Shown: one piece after another, positions 34,371-42,961 of the stretch
How the letters are laid out: each line of letters opens with the position of its first letter
Numbering within the stretch: position 1 is the stretch's first letter
Source: an uncultured Candidatus Saccharibacteria bacterium
GTDB lineage: Bacteria > Patescibacteriota > Minisyncoccia > Phycocordibacterales > UBA2100
Reading direction: 5' to 3'
Length of the DNA stretch: 56,609 nt
NCBI GenBank assembly: GCA_964356695.1
Contig: CAYHIZ010000001.1
Location: 1-56,609, forward strand
Notes under the pieces: generated by a model
What the model was told of the DNA's origin: nothing
Seen by the model: only the letters and a program-made list of their open reading frames with translations
The model's database searches: none
Program-made: the position numbers and the translations under genes

Positions 34371-34826
34371 TTACGCTACTTGTAATGTTTTGTTTTCTCG
34401 AACGCAGGAATTGCACAGACCGAAGAATTCCAGCGAATGACTGGTGATCCGAGGGAACCCTTTAGTTTGTTTCAATGCCTTGTTCGCAAGGCGTTCAGAT
34501 TCACACCCGATAAAGTCCTCGACACGGTCGCATCCCGTGCAGATGACATGGTGATGATCGTCCTTCTCGTCTTTCAGTTCGAAGTGGGCGTGGCCGTGTC
34601 GTAAGTCGATCTTTGTGACCACGTCTGCTTTTTGAAAGGCATCGAGAATTCGGTATGCAGTCACTTGGTCAATATTCTTCTCGCCCACGCCGTCTACGAT
34701 TTCTTTTATGCTTACCGGATACTTCGCCTTCTCGAGAAAAGCGTACACCGCTTTGCGCGTCTCGGTCGCGCGGAAACCGGCTTTTCTTATAACCGCCGCG
34801 AGGTCATCGTCGGATGCTTTTGGCAT
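34371..34826 (-). CDS. zur: Fur-family transcriptional regulator (probable Zur)
   Basis: Winged-helix N-terminal domain. HHHVICTGCDRVEDF...CNSC are the metal-site Cys/His motifs. It is the first gene of the znu operon. Confidence 0.8.
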   Translation of the reverse strand: MPKASDDDLAAVIRKAGFRATETRKAVYAFLEKAKYPVSIKEIVDGVGEKNIDQVTAYRILDAFQKADVVTKIDLRHGHAHFELKDEKDDHHHVICTGCDRVEDFIGCESERLANKALKQTKGFPRITSHSLEFFGLCNSCVRENKTLQVA

Positions 34827-34845
34827 GCAGGGGATAATAAACTAA

Positions 34846-34862
34846 TTGCAAAATATTTGCAA
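34846..34862. promoter_or_regulatory. Candidate Zur/Fur operator (perfect 7-3-7 inverted repeat) in the zur / yibE-F divergent region
   Basis: TTGCAAA-ATA-TTTGCAA, 20 nt upstream of the zur ATG and 54 nt upstream of the divergent YibE/F start. Confidence 0.45.
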
Positions 34863-34915
34863 GTGCTTGGCTATAAATCGAAGCATTCGAGACCCAAATT
34901 TGCTAACATCAGGTC

Positions 34916-36082
34916 ATGCAGAAATTGTCCTCAATTCTTGTACTACTGTCATTCCTTTTTATTGGAGGCCAATTTACATCGGGCATCGCCCACGCTCAAG
35001 AGCTTGTGCAGAACGAGATCGAGACCGTCAAAGCGCAGGTACTTGAGATTTTAAGTCAGGAAGTAAAAAATATTCCTGGCACCGAGACGAGTCACGACTA
35101 TCAAAAAATAAAAGTAAAAGTTCTAGAGGGCACACAGAAAGGGCAAGTGCTAACCGTAGACAATGATTATTTGAGTCTCAAAATTGATGAAGTCTTTTAC
35201 CTTAGGCATGAGACGGATGACCTCGACGGGAGAGAAATGTATGCCGTCTCGGAGCCATATCGTCTTCCGGCCATCTATGGGTTCATTGCCCTCTTAGTTC
35301 TCTGTGTTCTCGTATTCGGCGGTTGGCAGGGATTGCGCGGACTCATCGCCCTAGTCGCAAGTTTTCTCTTTATTTTCTACCTGCTCTTCCCCGGCATTCT
35401 GCACGGCTACTCGCCGATCTTAGTGAGTGTCGGGGTTGCCTCGCTCATCATAGTGCTCGGGTCATACATAACGCACGGATTCAACAAGACAACCACCTCA
35501 GCCGTGATCGGCATGATTGTTACCATTCTCTTTACAGGTGGACTTGCATATTACGCGGTTGACGTGACACGTTTGAGCGGCTTCGCTTCCGAGGAATCCG
35601 TGTATCTAAATTTTGACACGAACGGCACGATTGATTTCGTCGGCCTTCTTCTCGGTAGCATTCTTATCGGTTTGCTCGGTGTGCTCTACGACGCGGCGAT
35701 CAGCCAGGCTATTGCGGTTGAGGAATTGCATCGCATTGGACCGCATTTGCCTCGAAGTTTTATTTTCAAGCGTGCACTTCGTATCGGGAGAGAGCATATT
35801 GGCGCACTCGTGAACACGCTGGCAATCGCGTATGTTGGTGCGTCGCTCCCGCTCCTTTTGCTTTTTTATTCGACCACCGATTCTAGCTTTTCACTTAACC
35901 TTAACCGAGAATTATTTGCTACTGAAGTCATCCGGACCATGATCGGCTCGATCGGCCTCGTGCTGGCTGTGCCGATTACCTCACTCGTTACAGTAATGAT
36001 GCTTATGAAAAAGAAAACCGCCGACCAGAAGGTACTTGAGAAAGAGGAGAGGGCGGTCGAGCATGTAGACCATTTTCACTAA
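34916..36082 (+). CDS. YibE/F-like family membrane protein
   Basis: N-terminal signal plus a soluble domain, followed by about 7 TM helices (..GWQGLRGLIALVASFLFIFYLLFPGILHGY.., YDAAISQAIAVEEL), typical of YibE/F. Confidence 0.7.
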   Translation: MQKLSSILVLLSFLFIGGQFTSGIAHAQELVQNEIETVKAQVLEILSQEVKNIPGTETSHDYQKIKVKVLEGTQKGQVLTVDNDYLSLKIDEVFYLRHETDDLDGREMYAVSEPYRLPAIYGFIALLVLCVLVFGGWQGLRGLIALVASFLFIFYLLFPGILHGYSPILVSVGVASLIIVLGSYITHGFNKTTTSAVIGMIVTILFTGGLAYYAVDVTRLSGFASEESVYLNFDTNGTIDFVGLLLGSILIGLLGVLYDAAISQAIAVEELHRIGPHLPRSFIFKRALRIGREHIGALVNTLAIAYVGASLPLLLLFYSTTDSSFSLNLNRELFATEVIRTMIGSIGLVLAVPITSLVTVMMLMKKKTADQKVLEKEERAVEHVDHFH

Positions 36083-36185
36083 CTCTGCAGTGGTATAGTA
36101 AAAGTCCATAGCGAGTGGACACAAAAGCTTGATGTCCACCTTTCATCCGCAAATTATCCGCAGTTGGCGGTTATAATTCGAGCAT

Positions 36186-37031
36186 ATGGCAGAACGCGCA
36201 GAAGCAAGCGTGGATTTTTTTCGCATGGCAACATTCGCCTCTATTTCAGTACTCGCACTTGTGATAGTGGGCGTTTGGCAAATGCATCAGTTTTTTTTAA
36301 GAGGAAATACGGTAAGCGCAAAAAATACCAAACATTCGTCTCTTAGCGAACGGACTTCGACCCCATACGGGAATATCGATTGGCAAGCCCCTATCCATAA
36401 TTCATCAAACGAATTGGATTCATCTTCATCCGCAAACGCTTCGGAGGACAAAGATGGAATCTCGAACATAGAAGGAAATGTCGCTCGAGTACTTATAGAC
36501 TCTTATACGGCACTGAACGAAGCGGGTATATACACAAAAAAGGATGGCGAGAAGATCGCGAAAGATATTGCAATTTCCCTGCGGGCAAACATTTCGTACA
36601 AAATTTACTCTATCAGCGACATAAAAACCGACCCAAACGCCTCATACGATCGCATGCTCGCGTATCGCGGTGATTTACGCAAAGCTCTTGAGCCTCTACT
36701 TGGAAATCCGGGATATGAACTAAAGCTTTTCGCCAATTACATAGGATCGAATGATCCGATATATACGGAAAAACTTGCAGTAACGTCCAAAAATTATCAA
36801 AAAGCGGTCGCGCAAGCTGCCAACATAACCGTTCCGGAAGACGCAGTACAAGAACATCTTGGAATTCTGAATGCGCTCTCGGAATTCGGAACTATAGTGG
36901 AAAAAATGGCGATCCATGCAGATGATGCGTTCGCCGCGGCCGCACTCCTGCAAACATACAACACGGGAGAAGCCAACCTGTTGACTTCATTCAATTCTCT
37001 GGCTACATATTATCGCTCAAAAAAGATATGA
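36186..37031 (+). CDS. Hypothetical N-terminally anchored protein (first gene of the T4SS-like operon)
   Basis: Single TM (FASISVLALVIVGVW) plus a helical soluble domain. The stop overlaps the next start (ATGA at 37028-37031). Confidence 0.5.
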   Translation: MAERAEASVDFFRMATFASISVLALVIVGVWQMHQFFLRGNTVSAKNTKHSSLSERTSTPYGNIDWQAPIHNSSNELDSSSSANASEDKDGISNIEGNVARVLIDSYTALNEAGIYTKKDGEKIAKDIAISLRANISYKIYSISDIKTDPNASYDRMLAYRGDLRKALEPLLGNPGYELKLFANYIGSNDPIYTEKLAVTSKNYQKAVAQAANITVPEDAVQEHLGILNALSEFGTIVEKMAIHADDAFAAAALLQTYNTGEANLLTSFNSLATYYRSKKI

Positions 37032-38668
37032 AATTGAGATCAACTTCAATTTGGCGGATGGCGGTAACCGGATTTGCATTACTGGCATGCATGCCTATTT
37101 TTGCGAGCGCCGCCCACATAGCTGGACACACAGTAACCCCGACAGCCCCTCCGGATGACTCGACCACGGAACAATACGAATTCAGTCAAGAGGGCATATT
37201 CGGTTGCAATCAGACCGCCGGTGCAGGTGCCAGCGCCGGAACACTAGCCGCAATAGGTGGTACATATGTACCGGTTAACGACGCGGCTGTCACTTTGAAC
37301 ACCGGCATCCTAGTTTACAAAGAATGCGTACTGCGACCATTGCAAGATCGGCTTCGAGAAAGCGCAACCTCTGCACTTTTAAAGAAACAATACATCGGCA
37401 TAGAAACGGGGCGCGAGGGCAATAAACGCTACGTGGTTAATATTCCCGACGATTTGGAGCCCATAGAAGACCGGGCCGCGCTTACATATTTGCAAAGCCC
37501 TTTCAAAACCGTACACCCGCTATATCGAGATAAAATCCCGCGCGCACTTGCCATAAACTACAGGGCCGAGACAAGGGGCTCCGAAGAGCAAGAGTGCGGA
37601 TACAAAGGCGATCTTGCTATGGCGACACAGAATCCGACAGAAAATGAATTCAGTTTTGAAAATTTCGCAGAATTGAGAGATCCGGCTTGTAATTTATTCT
37701 TCGCATACATGGAGAAAAAAGATGCAATGGATGCCGTGAGAGCCGAGGCAATAGCCAACCAAAAAACTATTTGGGATTGGGGCAGAGGATTCTATGCTGT
37801 AACCGACAACGATCAAGACCCGTTTAAAGAAAAGATCCTGACACCGTCATCCGTTGTCCAGGAATCATTCCAGCAAATTCTGGGAAGCCCCGTGCGACAA
37901 CTCGAAAGCGCAAACGATATAGGACAAATGATAGGCGCTCTGTTTGCAAGCGTTACCACACAGGCGCTTACAGATAGCCAAGGGCTCGCCGGACTTGGAC
38001 GAAGCATAGGGGGAGGGACGCCATATATCGATCAAGTTTCTAGAGACTCTTCGCAAGGAGTAATAGACGCCGCCGTGAATGCGGCCATAACCATTTTGAA
38101 TGCGGCCAAACAAGTGGAGGGAAGATTCTTGGCTGTGATGAATTCGATCGCAGAAAATCTAACACAAACGATCAACGCTATTCGTGGCATAGAACGCCAA
38201 TGCTGGGCACTTGTCGTTCCAAAGGTGAAGGAGTATGCCGGTCAAAACGGCATCACGCTCGACCCCGCAAAAATCAGCAGATCTACAAGTACCCTTGCAT
38301 TCTCGCAACAAGTTATTGATTCCCAAATCACACCTCTCGCAGAGGCGGCGCTCGAAAACGTAGAGTCCGCGCAAAAAGCTGTCAGCCTAATCGATAGACT
38401 CATCGCAGGCGTGACGAATACCAACTCGGTTGCGGCACAGCGTCTGGCGCTTCAACAACTCGATACGCTCGTCGCAGGGGGGTCGCTCCACTCGCAATAC
38501 GACGTGGCGAACGCCACGACACAAGTCGAAGACATACGCTCCGCCATGGATACACTACGCACAGACACAGCGGAAGCATGGGGCGACTCGCCCGATCCGA
38601 GCATAGGCTGGTGCAACATCCAAAATCCTACAGTAATCCGGCTCTGGGCAGAGCGGTGGAAGAGATAG
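37028..38668 (+). CDS. Hypothetical secreted protein (546 aa) of the T4SS-like operon
   Basis: Signal peptide (MAVTGFALLACMPIFASAAH). No recognised domain. Confidence 0.5.
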   Translation: MKLRSTSIWRMAVTGFALLACMPIFASAAHIAGHTVTPTAPPDDSTTEQYEFSQEGIFGCNQTAGAGASAGTLAAIGGTYVPVNDAAVTLNTGILVYKECVLRPLQDRLRESATSALLKKQYIGIETGREGNKRYVVNIPDDLEPIEDRAALTYLQSPFKTVHPLYRDKIPRALAINYRAETRGSEEQECGYKGDLAMATQNPTENEFSFENFAELRDPACNLFFAYMEKKDAMDAVRAEAIANQKTIWDWGRGFYAVTDNDQDPFKEKILTPSSVVQESFQQILGSPVRQLESANDIGQMIGALFASVTTQALTDSQGLAGLGRSIGGGTPYIDQVSRDSSQGVIDAAVNAAITILNAAKQVEGRFLAVMNSIAENLTQTINAIRGIERQCWALVVPKVKEYAGQNGITLDPAKISRSTSTLAFSQQVIDSQITPLAEAALENVESAQKAVSLIDRLIAGVTNTNSVAAQRLALQQLDTLVAGGSLHSQYDVANATTQVEDIRSAMDTLRTDTAEAWGDSPDPSIGWCNIQNPTVIRLWAERWKR

Positions 38669-38674
38669 ATTTAT

Positions 38675-41164
38675 ATGGAAAAAACAAATCTTAGGCGTCA
38701 AGTTTCTCATATCGCACTGACACTGATGCTAGTCACGGCGGGCGCTGTTCTTGTCCCAGAAGTATCTCTAGCGCAGAACAATACGGGTCCTACAGCTGGA
38801 TCGGGAATTGGATTTGGAGAACAAAAATGTCCTGCCGGCTCGACTCCGAGAAAACAGAACTATACTGTCGTTTATGAATGCATTGATGATAAAAGCGGAG
38901 AAATAATAGGCACGATCAATGTTTTAGGATACGAACCGGCGAACATGTCGTGTGGCGGTACATGGAACAGCCTGACAGCCCCTATGAGGTGTTGGACGCG
39001 CGCGATATTCGCCGGAGTGGGAAGGTTCCTTATATGGCTCGGCGTCGAGTTTGCAACGATTGCGGGAATGATATTTGAAACCGTGCTGACATACACTATC
39101 GTAGAGTTTGGAAAGTATCTTGGTCTAATTAAAGATGGGATAGACACGGGATGGACCGCCCTGCGCGATATAGCCAATATCTTAATCATCGGCATGTTCG
39201 TCTTCATTGCCATCAGCATCATTCTGGGTGTCAAAGAGTTTGGCGACCAGAAAAAAGTTGCGCACGTGTTGATAGTTGCAGTCCTCATCAACTTCAGCCT
39301 GCTCTTCACCAAGATAATAGTAGACGCCTCCAATTTTACCGCATATCAATTTTATAATCAGATGGTAAAAGGAATAAGAGAGAATGCAAATCAAACGGCG
39401 ACAACAGTCGAAGACACGGAATCTGCAACACCGGCAACGCCTAAAGTTAGTGGTATTGCGGGGAAGTTCATGAAGCTTCTCGGTGCTGAAGGTTTTATCG
39501 GAAACGACTACGCCAAACTGCGCAAAATCGCAGAAGCTAACAACGATGCATCTACTGCGCTCGGGTATGGACTGATTTCTTTCATATTTCTCATCGCCGT
39601 CAGTCTTGTGCTTCTGTACGGAACTTTTCTCATTCTCTCCCGCGCCGTAATGATAGTATTCCTAATGCTCACATCCGCCGTCGCATTTGCAACTTGGCTC
39701 ATTCCTTCCCAACACGTCCAACCCATGTTTTCACAATGGTGGGAATCGCTCCTCAAGACCGCCTTTTTTGCACCCATACTTATGGCACTATTGTGGATTA
39801 CTATCGTAGTCGCAGAGTCCCTGGGCGAAGCACTGAAAAAGCTAGCACCCGACGGACAGATTGGCGTACTCGGCGCCCTCGCTACCGACCCGTCAAACAA
39901 AATACACATTCTTGCGCTTCTCAACTTTGTACTTGTTCTCGGCCTACTATACGCCGCGTTTGCGGTATCCAGCGCATTTTCAAAAATCATTCCAGGATTC
40001 CGATCTGCACAAACAGGTTTGCGGACTGGCGTTGGCGTAGCGGCACTTACGGCACTCGCGGGTCCGTCCCGCCTTCTGGGACTAGCCGGGAGAACGTGGA
40101 TCGGTGGCAACGCATCTGCATATAGAGAGGGTCTTGCAAACAAACTAACAAAAGAGGGTAGAATGCCAACCCTATTGGAACGCGCAGGGCTGAGGGCTGC
40201 CACAAGTCTCGGTAACTCTTCCTTTGATGCATTAAGTACAAAACCCGCGCAAACGGCCACCAAGGCGATTCTTGGCTCGACCCTCGGTGGCATGTATGGC
40301 GGTAACGTAGGGCAAGGTGGCTATAACGCAAGCATGAAGCGAATCGCGGAAGAGTCGCTCAAGAACGCGCGTGCATCAGGCTTCAAAAGCGAAGGGGAGG
40401 TCAAGGAGATACACGGAGAAAAAGCCGACGCAGACCAAAAGCCGAAACGAGATGCCCTTAAGTCTGATGAAGAAGTTCACAAGAAAAACCTTGTCGAGGC
40501 CGAGCATGCAAGGAAGCCTGCGGAAACTGAGAAAAAGATTGCGCTTGACAAGGTTCGAGCGGAAGCAGGGGAGGCGCCGTTTGCCAAGATGGAAAATGAT
40601 CTTAAAGCCGCCGGTATGAGTAAAGCTACCGCTGAAGCCGAGCGGAACACTCAAAGACAACGCATCGCCATGGCGGCTTCGATAAGCGACGCGGAGCAAA
40701 GAGCGCAAGTTGAGCGGGACGCAAGAGAGCAAGAGGCCAGATCCATCGAACAAATAGCTCGCCTTGATAAAGAGATCGAGGGAATAACAGGAGGTCTCGA
40801 CAGATTCAACAAAGAAATCAAAGAGGCTGGAGACACGGCGGTTGAAGGGAGAAAACAAGTCGCGAACGCGATGCTTAAACAAATCGGTGATGAACACAGA
40901 AGGCTTGATGAAGAAAAAAGAGATCAGGTACAATCTGCGGCTAATTCCGTAAGCGATAAAGCTGTTGCGCGCACATCAGCCCACACGCGGCTTGGAACGC
41001 TGTATGGAATTCTCGGTTCCGTTGATAATGATCCTGCATCCAAGAGAATCGGCGGTGCCGCAAAAGAGCTTGACGGTCGACAACTGGCGAACTGGCTCAG
41101 GGACGGTGCGAAAGGTGCTGGTGTAAACTTCGAATCCCCGCCATCGGGCGGAACTAAAAAATAG
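38675..41164 (+). CDS. Polytopic membrane protein, VirB6/TrbL-like candidate, with long charged coiled-coil C-terminus
   Basis: Signal plus a Cys-containing ectodomain. At least 7 predicted TM helices lie between about aa 110 and 430. The K/E/A-rich C-terminal tail is about 300 aa. Its position is upstream of the PrgI/VirB4 genes. Confidence 0.5.
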   Translation: MEKTNLRRQVSHIALTLMLVTAGAVLVPEVSLAQNNTGPTAGSGIGFGEQKCPAGSTPRKQNYTVVYECIDDKSGEIIGTINVLGYEPANMSCGGTWNSLTAPMRCWTRAIFAGVGRFLIWLGVEFATIAGMIFETVLTYTIVEFGKYLGLIKDGIDTGWTALRDIANILIIGMFVFIAISIILGVKEFGDQKKVAHVLIVAVLINFSLLFTKIIVDASNFTAYQFYNQMVKGIRENANQTATTVEDTESATPATPKVSGIAGKFMKLLGAEGFIGNDYAKLRKIAEANNDASTALGYGLISFIFLIAVSLVLLYGTFLILSRAVMIVFLMLTSAVAFATWLIPSQHVQPMFSQWWESLLKTAFFAPILMALLWITIVVAESLGEALKKLAPDGQIGVLGALATDPSNKIHILALLNFVLVLGLLYAAFAVSSAFSKIIPGFRSAQTGLRTGVGVAALTALAGPSRLLGLAGRTWIGGNASAYREGLANKLTKEGRMPTLLERAGLRAATSLGNSSFDALSTKPAQTATKAILGSTLGGMYGGNVGQGGYNASMKRIAEESLKNARASGFKSEGEVKEIHGEKADADQKPKRDALKSDEEVHKKNLVEAEHARKPAETEKKIALDKVRAEAGEAPFAKMENDLKAAGMSKATAEAERNTQRQRIAMAASISDAEQRAQVERDAREQEARSIEQIARLDKEIEGITGGLDRFNKEIKEAGDTAVEGRKQVANAMLKQIGDEHRRLDEEKRDQVQSAANSVSDKAVARTSAHTRLGTLYGILGSVDNDPASKRIGGAAKELDGRQLANWLRDGAKGAGVNFESPPSGGTKK

Positions 41165-41167
41165 AGT

Positions 41168-41743
41168 ATGGACGACACACTAAAAAAAGACATTCTAACG
41201 CGCCTAGGCCAGCTTCCTAAGGTGGTACAAGAAGCGATTACTTCTGCAGACATCGAGAAACGCTTGCAAGAACTGGCGAATACAAATAAGCTTTATCTTG
41301 ATCAGTGGGAGAAACTTGAAAAAGAAGTGATGCTTACTCTGCTTGGATTCAAAAGTCCGGCTGATTTGGAGGAGGGCATAAAAAAAGAGGTGGGGGTAGA
41401 TGCTCAAGCGGCCGCAGTACTCACGGATGAAATTTCGCGTATCGTATTTGAGCCGATCCGGCAGGAATTAGAGCGCGAGCTTGAACATCCAGAGGCGAAA
41501 GCAAAAGAGATGAGCGGAGTGGAAACAGCGCGCGAACAAACGCTGAGTAGTGGTGTAGAGAACACGGACAACAGCGACCAGAAAACAATAGAAGTTAGTA
41601 CAATTACACCGGCAACTCCGTCCCAATCTGCGCCGACAGAAAAGGCGATTCGCATGCCCACATCCGGCGCATATGTGCCCGGAGAAACATCCATCGCACG
41701 CAAAGACGTTCACGATGATCCGTACAGAGAACCCCCTGCCTGA
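41168..41743 (+). CDS. Hypothetical acidic protein of the T4SS-like operon
   Basis: 191 aa, acidic, helical N-terminal half and a disordered-looking C-terminal half. No motif recognised. Confidence 0.45.
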   Translation: MDDTLKKDILTRLGQLPKVVQEAITSADIEKRLQELANTNKLYLDQWEKLEKEVMLTLLGFKSPADLEEGIKKEVGVDAQAAAVLTDEISRIVFEPIRQELERELEHPEAKAKEMSGVETAREQTLSSGVENTDNSDQKTIEVSTITPATPSQSAPTEKAIRMPTSGAYVPGETSIARKDVHDDPYREPPA

Positions 41744-41785
41744 ATAATGCGACGATTCAGCGAGAAATACTGATATAATTCAGCC

Positions 41786-42268
41786 ATGCAATTCCAGGTG
41801 CCTCAATTTATAGAAGTGGAGGACAAAATTTTCGGACCACTTACATTCAAACAATTCATATACATAACCGGAGGCGCGGGGGCGTCGTATCTCATATATC
41901 GCGTATTGCCGATTTATCTTTCAGGACCACTGATCCTGGGAATTGGCGGCCTCGCCGCGGCGCTTGCGTTTATACAGTGGAACGGCCGTCCATTTATCCT
42001 TGGGATGGAAAATGCTTTTTATTTTCTAATACGCTCCAAGCTATATCTTTGGAACAACGCAAGCAAGAAGCCGATACAGAAAACCGCAAGCTCGGACATG
42101 AAGGCTGTTTCGGAAGTATATATCCCGAAGTTATCGGATAGTAAATTGCATGAACTAGCGTGGAGCCTGGACATCAAAGAGAGAATCGCGGCGGGAGTTG
42201 CCGGCGAGCGAGAGCGTGGTGGCGGAATAATACGATCAGTGCGAACCGCACGCGAAGCAAGAATCTAA
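41786..42268 (+). CDS. PrgI-family (VirB3-like) membrane protein
   Basis: MQFQVPQFIEVEDKIFGPLTFKQFIYITGG followed by two TM helices. This is the characteristic PrgI-family N-terminus, and the gene is positioned upstream of VirB4. Confidence 0.7.
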   Translation: MQFQVPQFIEVEDKIFGPLTFKQFIYITGGAGASYLIYRVLPIYLSGPLILGIGGLAAALAFIQWNGRPFILGMENAFYFLIRSKLYLWNNASKKPIQKTASSDMKAVSEVYIPKLSDSKLHELAWSLDIKERIAAGVAGERERGGGIIRSVRTAREARI

Positions 42269-42274
42269 CGTACC

Positions 42275-42958
42275 ATGCCCAACAAACAAACAACAATACG
42301 ATCCGGAACGAAATCGACGCAAGAATTCGTGCCCGTATCAGAGGTGCGCGATGGCGTCATTGTTCTCAAGGGTGGCGGACTGCGTGCCGTTCTTCTCGCA
42401 TCCTCGCTTAACTTCGCGCTAAAATCCGAAGATGAGCAAACTGCATTCATCGTACAATTTCAAAACTTCCTCAATTCACTCGATTTCAGCGTGCAAATAT
42501 TCGTACAATCGCGCATGCTGGATATTCGACCATACATTGCAACCCTTGAAGTAGCTTACAAAGAACAACTCGACGATCTTATGCGCATCCAAATACGAGA
42601 GTACATAGAATTCATCAAAAGTTTTACAGAGGCCGCCAACATCATGACAAAAAACTTTTTTGTAGCTGTTCCGTATTCGCCAACCATCGCTCCGATTGCA
42701 GGGGGAAGCTCCACGTCTATGCTTCCGTGGAAACGCGCGAAGAAAAATTCCGCGGAAGCCAACCGCACCTTCGAAGAGCAAGTGTCCCAACTTGAGCAAC
42801 GCATATCAATCGTACAGCAAGGATTGATACGCACGGGCGTACGAACGGTTCAGCTCGGCACGGAAGAGGCCGTTGAACTTTTATACAAGATGTTTAACCC
42901 TGGAGAGGAAGGAAAACCGATTCCCGCTTCCGCCATAGGAGGACAGTCGTCAAGATAA
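42275..42958 (+). CDS. Hypothetical protein resembling a stand-alone VirB4 N-terminal domain
   Basis: FVPVSEVRDGVIVLKGGGLRAVLLASSLNFALKSEDEQTAFIVQFQNFLNSLDFSVQIFVQS follows the pattern seen at the N-terminus of Gram-positive VirB4/TraE-like ATPases. It has no Walker motifs. Confidence 0.4.
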   Translation: MPNKQTTIRSGTKSTQEFVPVSEVRDGVIVLKGGGLRAVLLASSLNFALKSEDEQTAFIVQFQNFLNSLDFSVQIFVQSRMLDIRPYIATLEVAYKEQLDDLMRIQIREYIEFIKSFTEAANIMTKNFFVAVPYSPTIAPIAGGSSTSMLPWKRAKKNSAEANRTFEEQVSQLEQRISIVQQGLIRTGVRTVQLGTEEAVELLYKMFNPGEEGKPIPASAIGGQSSR

Positions 42959-42961
42959 AAT

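Noticed and set aside
39508-40293. 261-aa ORF (and 40376-40933, 185 aa) antisense to the VirB6-like gene.
   Set aside because: These are shadow ORFs opposite a long coding region. Their Ala/Arg/Ser-rich composition reflects the complement of the codon bias, and there is no start or RBS context.
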